Shown here: in pieces, positions 24,450 through 36,188 of the stretch
Layout: each line of letters begins with the position of its first letter
Numbering within the stretch: position 1 is the stretch's first letter
NCBI RefSeq assembly: GCF_004010195.1
Contig: NC_057749.1
Coordinates: forward strand, 10,899,269-10,963,268
DNA from: Chiloscyllium plagiosum
Lineage: Eukaryota
Reading direction: 5' to 3'
DNA: 64,000 nucleotides
Position numbers and translations under genes: made by a program
The notes under the pieces: generated by a model
Told to the model about the DNA's origin: nothing
The model's input: only the letters and a program-made list of their open reading frames with translations
Database searches by the model: none

Positions 24450-25115
24450 ACCCCATCTCCTACGACTAAGCCCAATTCTGTATCAATCTTGCCAGGTCTA
24501 CCCAACAGCATGTAACTTCTCCTTTCGTACCAGTCTGCCATGAGGGACCTTATCAAAGGCTCTACTGAAGTCGGTGTCCTTTGATAAGCCGCAAATATAG
24601 GAGTTGGGAGGTCATGTTGCAACTGTACAGGACTTGGTTAGGCCACTATTGGAATACTGTGCGCAATTCTGGCCTCCCTGCTATAGGAAGGATGTTGTAA
24701 AACTTGAGACAGTTCATAAAAGATTTACAAGGATGTTGCCAGGGTTGGAGAATTTGTGCCACGAGGAGAGGCTGAATAGGCTGGGGCTATTTTCCCTGGG
24801 GCATCGGAGGCTGAGGGGTGACCTTATTGAGGTTTATAAAATCATGAGGGGCATGGATAGGATGAATCGCCGAGGTCTTTTCCTCAGGGTGGGGTGAATC
24901 CAAAACTAGAGGACATAGGATAAGATGAGAGGGGAAAGATTTAAAAGGGACCTAAGGGGCAACTTTTTCACACAGGAGGTGGTGTGTGTACGGAATGAGC
25001 TGCCAGAGGAAGTGGTGGAGGCTGGTACAATTACAACATTTAAAAAGTATATGGATATGTAAATGAATAGGAAGAGTTAACAGGGATATGGACCGAAGGG
25101 TCTGTTTCCATGCTG
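24450..25115 (+). mobile_element. CR1-type LINE 3' fragment preceded by a short minus-strand CR1 piece
   Basis: LVRPLLEYCAQFWPPCYRKDVVKLETVHKRFTRMLPGL on +. 24465-24572 is antisense RT sequence (accttatcaaaggctctactgaagtc). Confidence 0.85.
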
Positions 25116-25292
25116 TACATGTCTATGACTCTATTTTAATGGCATCACGAGTTAGGCACTGACCAACAATGATCATATTGTATGGCAGAGCAGACTTGAG
25201 TGGTCGAATGCACTACTCCTGTTAACTGTATCTATGTTTTGTGTCAAAACACGATAGCATCCTCTAATAGCTGCTTTAGACTCAACAGTTTC

Positions 25293-25668
25293 TGTATTAA
25301 GCAGGTTTCCCATAGAGAGGATTGAGCATCTTTTCCTGAAGAGTTATTCAGAGGCTGTGAGAAATCGTGCCTAGTGACAACTTACCATCATTTCTGGGAC
25401 GGTTAGGGAGCCAGCAGCACCTGTTATATAAAGATGTTAGGGTCTGAAACAGTTAATACTTAAGCACCACCCAGTTTGATATCTTATGTAATAGTTGGCA
25501 GAGTAATTTAAGAACTCGAAGGAGTGAGACCTAACAGCTGATCCTCCTCAGTTTCTGTAACAGTGTCGATCATATCAATGTTATTAGTTACTGACGTGCA
25601 ATAAATGACTGTGTGTTCAATGCAAGAGTCCCTTCGGGTTAAACCAAGAAGCGGCTTCCTTTACTACA
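25293..25668 (+). mobile_element. Probable solo LTR
   Basis: TGTATTAA...TTACTACA terminal inverted octamers (7/8), TATATAAA near 25425 and AATAAA near 25600. No clear TSD. Confidence 0.6.
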
Positions 25669-25987
25669 CTGAACCAAGCAAGCCCTGCACTTAAGAGGGG
25701 TGGGGTGGCAAACATAACCCATGGTGAGGCTAAACTTGGTTTTGACTGCAGACAAAATGACGCCAACATATTAAGAGAGACCTGAGAGGGCTCTGCGCCT
25801 CTGCTGTCAGTTGCAAGATATCCATAGGGTAAAAACTGTAGTGAGAAGAAACAAGCATTCAGACAGTTTCAAGAACACAGCAACCAATTCTGGAAAAGGG
25901 GCATAGCACACTGGAAATGGCAGCAATATTCATACTGTCCATGAGTAAATTATAACCACAGGCTCCAAAATACAAACAGTGAGACAA

Positions 25988-25993
25988 TTTATT
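25988..25993 (-). promoter_or_regulatory. Candidate STOML1 polyadenylation signal
   Basis: AATAAA on the minus strand ~950 nt after the stop codon. Not verified by transcripts. Confidence 0.35.
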
Positions 25994-26942
25994 TCAATCA
26001 CAGTACAGAGATGTGATTTCTCGGATTTCATGTTGCAGTTAATAAATTCAGAAATCGATCAGAATTCCTCCTTCGGCTTGATTACATTTTATAAACAATC
26101 AATATTGCACTCCTCTTCCCATTGTTTCAACTGTTAATTAATTTTGCAAAAATTAACACAAAATTAGCTTTCAAGTGTTCAGCGTTTACTGCAATTCACC
26201 TTCAGAGAAGGCTGCATTAAATAAAAAGACACTTGCATTTATATAGCACCTTTCATAGCCTCAAAATGTACAACAGCAATTTTTGACTCGTCACTACTGT
26301 AATGTTGTAAAACTGGCAGCTCCAATGGACAGCATTGTCCAAATCACCCAGGAGGTTAATTTCTACTCTCAGTAATAGAATTGCTCATCCACCAAATGTT
26401 TAAAATATTACATTGTTTTTTCAATAAAAGGACTAAAGCACTATGTTGTAATTAAGCTTCATTGTTAGACTTGTACAAAACTACAAGAATTTCAGCCACT
26501 CGAGTGACCTTGCTGAAGAAAAACAGCACAGGAGGCTGACACTCGGCCTAACACCCGGCCTTTAAAAGAGTCATCTGATTAGTGCCACTGCCCAGCAAAT
26601 CTCGTCTCCAAGTGCAGATTCTATTCCTTTTTGAAAGTCACGACCGAGTCTGCTTCCAATAGCCTCCTCAGGAAATGCATTCCAAACCATAACCACTCAC
26701 TCCTTGGGAGATTCAGAGGCACAACAAAGCTGACTGCAATCTCGTACCAGAGAATTAGGTCGCATAGCATGGCACTGCAATCTAGTATTACAAACTTTTT
26801 TATACCCAAAATGCATTACCAATCCATAAAAACTACAAACAATATGATAGTACAGAGAAAATAACAAAAATAAATAAAACACAAGACGTGACACTTAGGA
26901 GGCTGTGTCCGGGGCAGGCTGGGTGTGCGCCTTTTTGCTGCA

Positions 26943-27139
26943 TCATCGATTCAGCTTCTTGATGAGATCCTCCAGCTTCATTGCGAGTTTCAAATCACCC
27001 TGTACGCGTATCCGTCCACTCATGTAGGCGGAAAACGGCTTGAGGTCCCCTGAGAACAGACCCTGCATGGTGTCTTCTGTCACTTCCAGAGTGACATGAG
27101 GGTCTCCTTCAGGCATGCCATAGCCAGCTTTGCCAGAAT
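26943..27139 (-). CDS. STOML1: Stomatin-like protein 1, last exon (exon 7; SCP2 domain C-terminus)
   Basis: Acceptor ttcaag, phase 1. (D)SGKAGYGMPEGDPHVTLEVTEDTMQGLFSGDLKPFSAYMSGRIRVQGDLKLAMKLEDLIKKLNR*, with the SCP2 signature AYMSGRI.V.GDL.LAMKL. Confidence 0.95.
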
Positions 27140-27466
27140 CTTGAAGATTAATAAGAGACAGTTATAGACAGTCAATAATTAATCTCTTACACTGGAAGAT
27201 TTACTTTTTTCTCATTTTTAATTGAAGAATATTGATGTTGGACAATGAAGTCTTTTATTGCATCAAGTACTCTCTGGTCACATAGAAACATGAGAGAAGT
27301 ACTGGAAATTTGAATCCATAACACAGAATATTCAAGGAACTCAGGATTCAAACCAAATTCTGGTGGGACTCTTCAGAACTCTCATACCGGACTCAAAGCA
27401 TTAACTTTATTTCTCTGCATAGATGGTGCAAGCTCTCCGGAGTTTCTCCAGCATTCACTGTGTTTG

Positions 27467-27727
27467 GGACGTCGCAGTGGCTCAGTGGTTAGCACTACGT
27501 CTCACAGCACCAGGTTCGATTCTAGCCTTGGGTGACTGTCTGTGTGGAGTTTGCACATTCTCCCCGTGTCTGCATGGGTTTCCTCCCACAGTCCAAAGCT
27601 GGCCAGGCTAAATTGCCCATACTGTCAGGTATATTAGTCAGAGGGGAATGGGTCTGGGTGGGTTACTCTTCGGAGGATCGGTGTGGACTGACCTGTTTCC
27701 ACACTGTAGGGAATCTAATCTAATCTA
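27467..27727 (+). mobile_element. HE1-type SINE
   Basis: gtggctcagtggttagcact...ggttcgattc...gggaatctaatctaatctaa. Confidence 0.85.
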
Positions 27728-29376
27728 AAATATGAGCTACGATCTCAAGAGAATATCTTAGCCCCTCTGTATTTCATCTTCAGCCATACATTGCATTTTA
27801 TGAAATTTGTTGTCCAAATCTAATAATGTTACAAAGGTGTATTTTTAACTTCACTCTCTTGTTGATGGATTTTTTTTTACTAAATTGGTTTTAAGGATGC
27901 AAGTACGTACTAAGTACCAATTTTCTCATTGAAAGCAGGTGGAGGAAGCTTTAATCGTGGTTCTCCCCCTTTAAGAGCATCTTAAAAATCAACACAAAAC
28001 ATCTAATGCAAACTGAAACTATCCAAGAAAGTTCCCGAGCTTTCTGTGGAAGCTACAATGTAGGCACTATGCTGCAGGCTGACAAGCGCCACAGCAGATG
28101 TACTTTAGATTTCAACTCAGTAAATGACTCATTACCGTAGAATTGTAGGAAGTTTACGATGAAGGGCCCATGTGGCAGTGTCCCTACCTCTGAGCAATCA
28201 GATTCAAGTCCAATCTGAACCAGAGGTTTGTAATAACATCTCCAAACAGATCGATGAGAAAACATATTGAAAGTTTACAGCACCGAGAAAAGCCATTCAG
28301 CCCTCTGTGTCTGCACTGGCCAAAAGACCCTGGCCTTCTCCCACTTTCCAGTGTTTGATCTGTAGTCCTGCAGGTTTCCAGGCTTCAGGTGCATATCCAA
28401 CACCTTTCAAATGAGCTGAGGATTTCTGTCTCTACCACCTTTTCAGACACCTACCTCCCTCTAATCTTTCCATCAGTCACTTTAAATCTGTGTCCCCAAG
28501 TCACTGGCTTCTCTGTAAAGGTAAATCAGTACCATTTATTCTATCCACACCCTTCCGAATTTTGTACACTTCAATCCAAACATCTGTCAGCATCCCCAGT
28601 CTGGCCAATCTTCCATCATAGCTGCATTTTTGCAGTCCTAGCAACATCTTCATTAATCTACTCTGACCTCTGCAATTACATCCTGCCTATAATGAAAGGA
28701 CCAGAATTGCACAGTGCTCAAGCTGTGGTCTAACTAATGATTAATTCGGTTTCAGCATGTCATCTCTGTTTTTATATTCTATTATTGGCCATGTCAGACT
28801 AACAATTAACAGAACAGTACTGTTAAGGGTCATGCAGTACAGAAACAGACCCTTTGGCCTAACTTGTCCATACCAAGCAGATTTCCTAAATTAAAAATAG
28901 TCCCATTTGTCTGGGATTGGCCCATATCCCTCTGAATCTTTCCTATTCGTGTATCTGTCCAAACATCTTCTAAATGTAGTAATTTAAACCTACCACTTCC
29001 TCTGGCAGTTCATTCCATATAAGCACCACCTTCTGTGAAGGAGTTGCCCCTTCAGTGCCTCTTATATCTTTCCCCTCTCAGCTTAAGCCTATGCCCTCTA
29101 GTTTTGGGCTCTCCTATCCTGGGGAAAGACCTTAGCTATTCACCTTATCTATGCCCCTCATCATTTTATAAACATCTATAATGTCACGTCTCAACCTCTT
29201 ATGCTCCAGGTAAAGAACTTCCAGCCTATCCAGCTTCTCCCTGTAATTCAAACCCTCCAGTCTCGGTAACATGCTTGTAATCTTTCTGCACCCTTTCCAG
29301 TTTAATAACATCCTTCCTATAGCAGGGTGACCAGAGTTGTACACAGTACTCCCAAAGTGGCCTCACCAATGCCTTG

Positions 29377-29582
29377 AGGAGAAAGTGAGGTCTGCAGATG
29401 CTGGAGATCAGAGCTGAAAATGTGTTGCTGGAAAAGCGCAGCAGGTCAGGCAACATCCAGGGAACAGGAGAATCGACGTTTCGGGCATGAGCCCTTCTTC
29501 GGGAATGATTCCTGAAGAAGGGCTTATGCCCGAAACGTCGATTCTCCTGTTCCCTGGATGCTGCCTGACCTGCTGCGCCTTT
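29377..29582. mobile_element. Penelope-like fold-back mini-insertion with 14-bp TSD
   Basis: Terminal repeat in reverse then forward orientation around 29506. tcaccaatgccttg at 29363-29376 and 29583-29596. Confidence 0.9.
29508..29543 (+). ncRNA. Minimal type I hammerhead ribozyme-like motif
   Basis: auuc-CUGAAGA-a-GGGC uuau GCCC-GAAAC-GUC-gauu: core boxes, 4-bp stem II, palindromic ACGU in place of stem III. Confidence 0.7.
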
Positions 29583-29814
29583 TCACCAATGCCTTGTACA
29601 GCCACAAATTCCAACTCCCATACTCAATATCCTGACCAATGAAGACAAGTGTGCAAAATGCCTTTGTCACCTTGCATTTCAGCTAATAAGTCTTGCTACA
29701 ATGTTCAAATTAGAGTAATGAGAATACAATTTTTCAGAGGTAATTTTGCCATTTCAGTATTACATTTATACAAAGCTGCATTCCACGATGTAAATGAAGA
29801 AGCATTTAGCTCAC

Positions 29815-30009
29815 CTCTGCTAAGGTCCAGAAAATACAAATTCTGAGTCCCATCCTTCTGGTTAACACTGAAAAGGTAACAGGCTCCAATCTGTTTCACA
29901 AGGTCCTCAGAAAGGAATGCTTTCACTTTAGAAAGTATCCAGTCTGGACTGATAATGTCACTCTCCAGATCTTCCGATTCAGTCATTACAGATGGGGTCT
30001 GAATACTGT
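29815..30009 (-). CDS. STOML1: STOML1 exon 6 (linker and SCP2 N-part)
   Basis: ttgcag|...|gtgagc, 195 nt, phase 1/1. ILSKVKAFLSEDLVKQIGACYLFSVNQKDGTQNLYFLDLSR. Confidence 0.93.
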
Positions 30010-30254
30010 CTGCAAAGAACTCAAACAGCATTTGAGAGATTGGTCATCTGGTTAAGACAGAACTTAATTTACAGACATACCAACTTTCCCTATCTGTAAG
30101 CAAGCAAGCTTATCTGCTACTCGGAGTCCAACTCAGATGTACCATCTCAGCCCTGTGATCCTGACCTACACTGGCTCAGAGTGCAGTAATTATTCAACTC
30201 TAAAGTACTCATTCTTGTATTCAAATCTCTCCATATCTCTCTTTTTTTCACTTA

Positions 30255-31720
30255 TAGGACATGGAAACCACTTGCTGGCCAGCATTTATTGCCTGACCTT
30301 AATTGCCCTTGAGGTGGAAGTGGTGAGCTGGCTTTTTGAACTGCTGCAGTCCATATGCTGTAGGTTAAGACCCACATTCCCATGAGGGAGGGAATTCCAG
30401 GATTTTGCCTCAGTGACACTGAAGGCACAGCGATATACTTCCAAATCAGGATGATGAGCGGCTTGGAGGAGAAATTTGTAGGCAGTGGTGTTCCCATGTA
30501 TCTGCTGCCCTTGCCCTTCTAGATGGAAGTGGTTCTGAGTTTGGAAAGTGCTGTCTGAGGATCTTTGGTAAACTTCTGCAGCGCATCTTATAGATAATAC
30601 ACACTGCTGTTACTGAGCATTAATGGTTGACAGAATGGATCCTTGTGGATGTGGTGCCAATTAAGTGGGCTGCTTTGTCATGGATGGTGTCAAGCTTATA
30701 GTTGTTGGAGTTGCACCCATCCAGGCAAGTGGGGAAAATTCCAACATACTCCTGATTAATGCCTCCTACATGGTGGACAGGTTTTGAGTCGTCAGGTGGT
30801 GGGTTACAGTATTCCTAGCCTCTGCCCTGCTATTGTAGCCACTCTATTTAAATGAAGAGTCCAGCTGAGTTTCCAGTCAATGGTAATCTGTAGGATATTG
30901 ACAGTGGAGATTCAGTCATGGTCAAATCATTGAATGTCAAAAGGGTGGAGGTTAGATTGTCCCTTATTAAGGGATGGTCATTGTCCAGCAATTGAATGTT
31001 ACTTGTCAGCCCAAATCTGGATATTGTCCAGATCTTGTGCATTTGAATATGGACCACTTCAGTATCTGTGGAGTCACGACTGGTGCTGAACGTTGTGCAA
31101 TCATCGGCAAACATCCCCAATTCTTAATTTATGGTGGAGGGAAGGTGATTGATGAAGCAGTTGAGGATGGTTTGCTCTAGGACACCTGGAGTACTGCATG
31201 CAGCTTTGGTCTTACTTGGGAAAGAGTGTACTGGCACTGGAGGGGGTGCATAGGAGATTCCCTAGGTCGATTCTAGAGTTGAGGGGGCTGGTTTATGAGG
31301 ACAGACTGAGTAGACTGAGATTATAGTCATTGGAATTTAGAAGTATGATGGGGGATCTTATAGAAACATAATAAATTATGAAAGGAATAGGATAAGATAG
31401 AAGTAGAGAGGATATTTCCACTGCAGGTGAAACTAAGACAAGAGGACATAGCCTCAAAAGTAGGGAATGCAGATTTAGAACGGACTTGAGAAGGAACTTC
31501 TTCATCCAGAGTATTGTAAATCTATGATTCCCTGCCTAGTGACGTAGTTAACACTACTCCTGAAAACATTTTTAAAGCTAAGATAGATTTCTTTTGAATA
31601 ATGAAGGAAGGAATTAAGGGATACGGTGAGAGCAAGTGTAAGTACAACTGAGTCAACGAAAAGATCAGCCATGATCTTATTGAATGGCAGAGCAGGCTCG
31701 ATGGGCCAAATGCTCCTAGT
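30255..31720. mobile_element. Two degraded LINE fragments (minus 30255-31180; CR1 plus 31185-31720)
   Basis: MFADD RT motif on the minus strand (ORF 30848-31120). CR1 3' features on +. Confidence 0.7.
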
Positions 31721-31975
31721 TATGCTCAGAAACGGCTGCAATGTGTCTTTTGTCAGTCAGTAGGCCTGAAGCAATATCAGAAGGTTGAAATTTACTAACA
31801 GCATCAGCCTGAAATACAAGCTATTAGCAGGAATGCAGGTTTAAACCTTAGACCCGACAAGTGAAATACCTACATAGGCCAAAAGCTTTAACTCCGCTCA
31901 ATGATATCTAAGGGGCAGAGGACTGAATTGATCAAATGCTTTCATTCAGTCTGATTAAAGAGAACTTCAGCTCAC

Positions 31976-32210
31976 CTTCGCTCTCACTGGAACGTGAAGA
32001 AAGGTGCATTGATTGTGGAGATCGTCTGTTTTGCATTATTTGCGTGGCCAACTTCCGTAGAGGAGCAGGAAGTTTTTCTAATCGACTGCTGGGTGGAGAG
32101 GTCTCAGAACCTGGTTGATCCTCTTCCGGTCTGTTTACCACGCTGTGCAGAATCAGGTCTACCCTCTGCACTTCCATACCCCAGTGTTTGGTTTTTTTGT
32201 TGACCTCAAA
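31976..32210 (-). CDS. STOML1: STOML1 exon 5 (end of SPFH domain and linker)
   Basis: atgcag|FEVNKKTKHWGMEVQRVDLIL...SSESE G|gtgagc, 235 nt, phase 0/1. Confidence 0.93.
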
Positions 32211-33756
32211 CTGCATAGGGAACCGAGTCAGAACAAAATAAATTTATAGTACTTATGAACTTGTGTTCAAGATTTAGATTTTGAAAACAAACACACTCAT
32301 TCAAAATTGTCCCTCTTGCACTCACCACCTTTCCCTGTAGGCACTGCCTCTCCTCTTGTATGAGTCCATAGATTCCTGCATTAACCATTGGCTCACCCAG
32401 TTTTTTTTTACATGAAAATAGGCAACCCCATCTCCCAAATGCCCTCCAGTCCTGTGATCTGCCAAGACTGCTACCTTCCTGCAACTTGGACAGGCCAGAT
32501 TTTCAGAATTCCATGACGCAAAAAGCAGAACAGCGCTTAAAAGTGGATGCTGGAAATCAGAAATAAAACCTGAAAGAAGCTGAGGAATCAAACAATCAGC
32601 AGGTAGGCAGTATTGTGTGCGGACAGAGAAAGAGAAACAGAATATACGCTTCAGACTGGAAAATCCTGCCTAACCTGCTGAGATTTTTCTAAACCAGTTT
32701 GTTTAGTTTTAATTTCATCATTGTCATTGCTGCAAGTCACTGGGTACATGTTAGAATCAAGCCTCACGATTCCCGGAATCTTCATAATGTGAAAATATTC
32801 AGATTACCCTAAGTCCCCAATTTAAACGACTGAAGAACCCAGACTAAAAGACAACATTTACCAACCTAAGAAAATAACTTGCTAATGATCAAAAGTCTCT
32901 TTCCAATAGCTGCTGGGCAGTATGAACTGCTAATTCTACAACTTAAATTCTATCCCTTCTTAAACTGCCCTCATCACAAACTGACAGACACAAAGACAAT
33001 GCATAGACATTCAGGGTGAAAAAAGAAATCAGGGAACACAGTGCAATAGCACCTTAGGATTCGCTGAGTTGTTTCCTTTCTCTTGCTTTGAATTCCATTT
33101 TAGTTGTTTGCTGCTGACTCATGTTACTTGCATATCAAAGTTCTCCTCATTTAATTCATTCAGAATTCATCCTTTCACTATTTTTAAAAGATGTTTTGTT
33201 CCTCAGTCAATAGGAATTTTGCAAACAAAGCTGAGTGGAGTCATCTAGTTGTCACTAGAGACTTTCCGGTACCACCACACAGATAGAGAGAGAGAGCAAC
33301 ATTCTTTCTCTTTGCGAGCTAGGTGGTTCACTGTTCACTGCTGCCCTGAGTCAGAAGTCATGATCACCTGAACAGGAGTCTGTCAAAATATTGTTGTCAA
33401 GTAATTTTCCCTTAGTTGCACAAGTTTTCTTTTTAAACATGAGGGGTATAGATAAGTCGAATGGCAGGTGTCTTTTCCAGATTAGTGTGCAATTTTTAGG
33501 GAGAGAGGAACAAGATTTATAAAGGACATGAGGGGCAATGCCCCCTCCATCACTAACCCAACCCAACCCAACCCAACCCAACCCACCCCGCCCCCAGTGA
33601 GTGGTTCATGGGTAGAATGAAGTTCCACAGGAATTGGTGGATGTGGGCACCATCACAATGCTTAAAAGACATTTGGATAAGTAGATGAATAAGAAAGGCT
33701 TGGAGGGATATGGACTCAAGGACGGGGAGATGGGACTAGTTTAGTTTGGGATTATG

Positions 33757-35553
33757 AGAAAGTGAGGACTGCAGATGCTGGAGATCAGAGCTGAAACATT
33801 GTTGCTGGAAAAGCGCAGCAGGTCAGGCAGCATCCAAGGAGCAGGAGAATCGACGTTTCGGGCATAAGCCCTTCTTCAGGAATGAGGAGGGTGTGCCAAG
33901 CAGGCTAAGGTAAAAGGTAGGGTGGAGGGACTTGGGGGAAGGGCATTGGGAATGCGATAGGTGGAAGGAGATTAAGGTGAGGGTGATAGGCCGGAGAGGG
34001 GATGGGGGCGGAGAGGTCAGGAAGAAGATTGCAGGTCAAGAAGGTGGTGCTGAGTCTGAGAGTTGGGACTGAGATAAGGTGGGGGGAGGGAAATGAAAAA
34101 GCTGGAGAAATCTGCATTCATCCCTTGTGGTTGGAGGGTTCCGAGGCAGAAGATGATATGTGGAACAGTCCATCTTCCGCAGCTACACTGGCATGACTCC
34201 CCACCTTTTCCTCCGCTGTATCGATGACTGTACCGGTGCTACCTCGTGCTCCCACGAGGGGGTTGAACAGTTCATCCACTTTACTAACACTTTCCACCCC
34301 GACCTCAAATGTACCTGGACTGTCTCAGACTCCTTCCTCCCCTACCTAGACCTCTCCATTTCTATCTCAGGTGACCGACTCAACACGGGCATATACTATA
34401 AACCGACCGAATCCCACAGCTACCTAGATTACACCTCCTCCCACCCTGCCCCCTGTAAAAATGCCATCCCATATTCCCAATTCCTTCGCCTCCGCCGCAT
34501 CTGCTCCCAGGGGGACCAATTCCAATACCGAACAACCCAGATGGCCTCCTTCTTCAAAGACCGCAATTTCCCCTCAGACGTGGTTGACGATGCTCTCCAC
34601 CGCATCTCTTCCACTTCCCGCAACTCCGCCCTTGAACCCTGCCACTCCAATCGCCACCAGGACAGAACCCCACTGGTCCTCACCTACCACCCCACCAACC
34701 TCCAGATACATCGTATCATCCTTCGTCATTTCCGCCACCTCCAAACAGACCCCACCACCAAGGATATATTTCCCTCCCCTCCCCTATCAGCGTTCCGGAA
34801 AGACCACTCCCTCCGCGACTCCCTCGTCAGGTCCACACCCCCCACCAACCCAACCTCCACTCCCGGCACCTTCACCTGCAACCGCAAGAAATGCAAAACG
34901 TGCGCCCACACCTCCCCCCTCACTTCCCTCCAAGGCCCCAAGGGATCCTTCCATATCCGTCACAAATTCACCTGCAGCTCCACACACATCATTTACTGCA
35001 TCCGCTGCACCCGATGTGGCCTCATATACATTGGCGAGACAGGCCGCCTACTTGCGGAATGCTTCAGAGAACACCTCTGGGACACACGCACCAACCCAAC
35101 CCAACCGTCCTGTGGCTGAACACTTTAATTCCCCCTCCCACTCCGCCAAGGACATGCAGGTCCTTGGCCTTCTCCATCGCCAGACCATGGCAACACGACG
35201 CCTGGAGGAAGAACGCCTCATCATCTGCCTAGGAACCCTCCAACCACAAGGGATGGATTCAGATTTCTCCAGCTTTCTCATTTCCCCTCCCCCCACCTTA
35301 TCTCAGTCCAACCCTCGGACTCAGCACCGCCTTCTTGACCTGCAATCTTCTTCCCGACATCTCCGCCCTCACCCTCTCTCCGGCCTATCACCCTCACCTT
35401 AACCTCCTTCCACCTATTGTATTCCCAACGTCCCTCCCCCAAGTCCCTCCTCCCTACCTTTTATCTTAGCCTGTTTGGCAAACCCTCCTCATTTCAGAAG
35501 AAGGGCTTATGGCCGAAACGTCGATTCTCCTGCTCCATGGATGCTGCCTGACC
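33757..35553 (+). mobile_element. Penelope-like retroelement, 5'-truncated, with inverted terminal segment and 14-15 bp TSD
   Basis: ORF 34160-35119 has the RT tail (FLRCIDD, YLDLSI, YYKPTESHSYL), a Cys linker (CNRKKCKTC) and GIY-YIG (IIYCIRC..C..IYIGETGR). Frameshift near 35095. 33757-34156 is the reverse complement of the 3' end. tagtttgggattatg at 33742-33756 and 35554-35568. Confidence 0.95.
33848..33883 (-). ncRNA. Minimal hammerhead ribozyme-like motif
   Basis: Reverse complement is attcctgaagaagggcttatgcccgaaacgtcgatt, identical to 29508-29543. Confidence 0.7.
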
Positions 35554-35984
35554 TAGTTTGGGATTATGGTCTGCATGGACTGGTTGGACCAAACGGTCTG
35601 TTCCGTGCTATATGACTCTATAACCCATCAGGTCTTTGGTGTCTGCTTCTGTTCTCACTGTTTTAAGCAAACTGTAAACAACTCACAATGTTCTCCAGCA
35701 AACATGATTTTCAACAGTACAACCATCTCTTTGAACAGTCTCCTTGGTTCAAAGCAGTTTCTTCATTTTTCTAATCCACAACCCGAAACTAAAGGCAATA
35801 AAAAGACATGATCTTTACAGACAGCTATGCTGTTCGATTAGCTGGGCCATGGTTTTACAGTGAAATTCTAACAGTCGCAGACATTGCAATACAGTGTACT
35901 GCAAGCCAGTTACAGATAATTCCTGTGGCGCTGGTGTCAGTGTTCGATGCAGCAGCCAATGCAAAAAGGAGACACTGTACTCAC

Positions 35985-36188
35985 CGCTAACTGTTCTCCA
36001 GTTTTACTTTTGTCCTCCTGGATTTGTGCCAGGGTTTCCTTATGCATCAAGCGTCTCATTACATTCTGTGCAGTGTAAGCCGTAGTGCTGTCAATATCCT
36101 CCACTAATGCTACAGACAGGACTGGATTCCAGATATGGTACTGCACTTCTGCACCTACATTGATCACGGCTTCATCTTTACATTTTGC
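35985..36188 (-). CDS. STOML1: STOML1 exon 4 (SPFH domain)
   Basis: cacag|AKCKDEAVINVGAEVQYHIWNPVLSVALVEDIDSTTAYTAQNVMRRLMHKETLAQIQEDKSKTGEQLA|gtgagt, 204 nt, phase 0/0. Confidence 0.95.

Larger units (their letters stand above)
28830..29670 (-). mobile_element. CR1-type LINE 3' fragment (host of a Penelope hairpin)
   Basis: ALVRPLWEYCVQLWSPCYRKDVIKLERVQK and LEGLNYREKLDRL motifs. Confidence 0.85.

Noticed and set aside
34461..35402. 313-aa Pro/Ser/Thr-rich ORF
   Set aside because: Alternative frame of the C-rich Penelope ORF. Only its 3' part is the real continuation after the frameshift.
32749..35819. Possible LTR enclosing the CR1 and Penelope insertions
   Set aside because: TG...CA ends exist, but the TSD is imperfect and there is no second copy here to confirm boundaries.
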